From: Candidatus Hydrogenedentota bacterium
Lineage (GTDB): Bacteria > Hydrogenedentota > Hydrogenedentia > Hydrogenedentales > SLHB01
Direction: 5' to 3'
Assembly: GCA_029974275.1 (NCBI GenBank)
Contig: JARKSN010000281.1
Span: 1-16,065 of the forward strand
Length of the DNA: 16,065 nt
Shown here: positions 15,213 through 16,065 of the stretch, piece after piece
How the letters are laid out: every line of letters begins with the position of its first letter
Numbering within the stretch: position 1 is the first letter of the stretch
Notes under the pieces: generated by a model
Told to the model about the DNA's origin: nothing
The model's input: the letters and a program-made list of their open reading frames with translations, nothing else
Database searches by the model: none
Program-made: the position numbers and the translations under genes

Positions 15213-16065
15213 TCAAGGCAACTCGTCGTGGGGGGGGCGATCGGCCTGCGTGAACGGTGTGGGGCGGCCCCTGCCTTCCAGTTGCACGTTGTCCAGCCAC
15301 ACGATTCCTTGCGGGCCGTGCAGATTCAGCATGAGCCCGGCGTTTCGTGCGTCTGCAGGGATATTCACCCCAGGCCGGAGCTGGAACACGCACGATTGCC
15401 AGTCTCGCGTTCCGCCAAGCGCCAAGAGGACTTTGTCAAACGGTTCTCCTTTTGCATCTGTGCCGGCGATTCCCAGCGTCATCGGATTGTCGAACAAATC
15501 CACATCCTTCATCTTTAGGCACAGCGAGAGGGTGTATTCCTGAAGGGGATCGAACGTCAACCCTTGGCGATCAGCGCTGAGTTGAAGGCCGTCGACGAAA
15601 ACCTCGCCGTGATATCCAGAAGCGCACCGGAGTTCCACGGCGAACGAGTCGGAAACCGCGTCCGAGGGCGTTTGCACGCGGAGGGCGAGCGGGGCCCACG
15701 CGCCGATTCCAGGACATACGACTGCGTTTTCTCGCGGCTCTCCGGAAGCGGTGCGCCATGTTACGGCGAGCGTAAGTTGATCGGGCGCCGGGGCTTTTCC
15801 TTGCGCGGAGACGTCGATGACGTCTCCCGGAAAAAACGAGTGCGGCAAGGCTTGACGCAGGATGGCCGGTTGGTCCAATGCGCGCAGGGCCAGGGAATAG
15901 CGGCCGACGGCGGCATCAAATGCGCGCGAGACTGTCCGCGCGTCGTGGCTTGTCCATCCGACAGGCAACGCGTCTTTCCACGATTCAAGGTCGCCGTTGC
16001 GCAGACGGCATGGCGACTGCCGGAAGGGAATGACCATTCGCGCCGAGGTGATTTCGGGCACATGG
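15213..16065 (-). CDS. Carbohydrate-binding domain (CBM4/9-like) protein, 5'-partial
   Basis: The frame stays open to the window edge. LRNGDLESW...PVGW...GRYSL...EVFVDGLQL and EYTLSLCLK...GGTRDWQ...IVWLDNVQLE patterns match CBM_4_9-type jelly rolls. Confidence 0.72.
   Translation of the reverse strand, partial: HVPEITSARMVIPFRQSPCRLRNGDLESWKDALPVGWTSHDARTVSRAFDAAVGRYSLALRALDQPAILRQALPHSFFPGDVIDVSAQGKAPAPDQLTLAVTWRTASGEPRENAVVCPGIGAWAPLALRVQTPSDAVSDSFAVELRCASGYHGEVFVDGLQLSADRQGLTFDPLQEYTLSLCLKMKDVDLFDNPMTLGIAGTDAKGEPFDKVLLALGGTRDWQSCVFQLRPGVNIPADARNAGLMLNLHGPQGIVWLDNVQLEGRGRPTPFTQADRPPHDELP

Noticed and set aside
1..16065. CRISPR arrays, tRNA/rRNA, IS or integrase genes, defence systems
   Set aside because: No regularly spaced repeats, cloverleaf or rRNA signatures, or transposase/nuclease motifs were seen by eye.

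Overview
GC-rich bacterial window, probably Candidatus Hydrogenedentes or a similar DUF1559-rich lineage (inferred only from the [21 protein letters not shown] DUF1559 protein). Left end, minus strand: a DUF1559 prepilin-type gene (678-1625) followed 15 bp later by a signal-peptide FmdE-like gene (<1-662, missing from the ORF track). A TTGACA/extended -10 promoter precedes them and is overlapped by a TATTAC-N13-GTAATA palindrome with NikR-like geometry. Next come a divergent WbpP-like NDP-sugar epimerase, an orphan GspF/PilC gene, a SpoU/TrmH methyltransferase, two tandem GH172 (DUF2961) genes (one secreted with an extra C-terminal beta-sandwich, one cytoplasmic), an intrinsic terminator and a 4-TM membrane protein. 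The right half is a minus-strand surface-glycan cluster: a partial protein with apparently nested CBM4/9-like domains, an ArnC/GtrB-like GT2, three GT4s, a GT2 and a Wzm/Wzt ABC exporter, plus a periodic REP-like palindrome between two GT4 genes. The best candidate for an undescribed system is the putatively metal-regulated DUF1559 + secreted FmdE unit. No rRNA, tRNA, CRISPR or transposase is evident.
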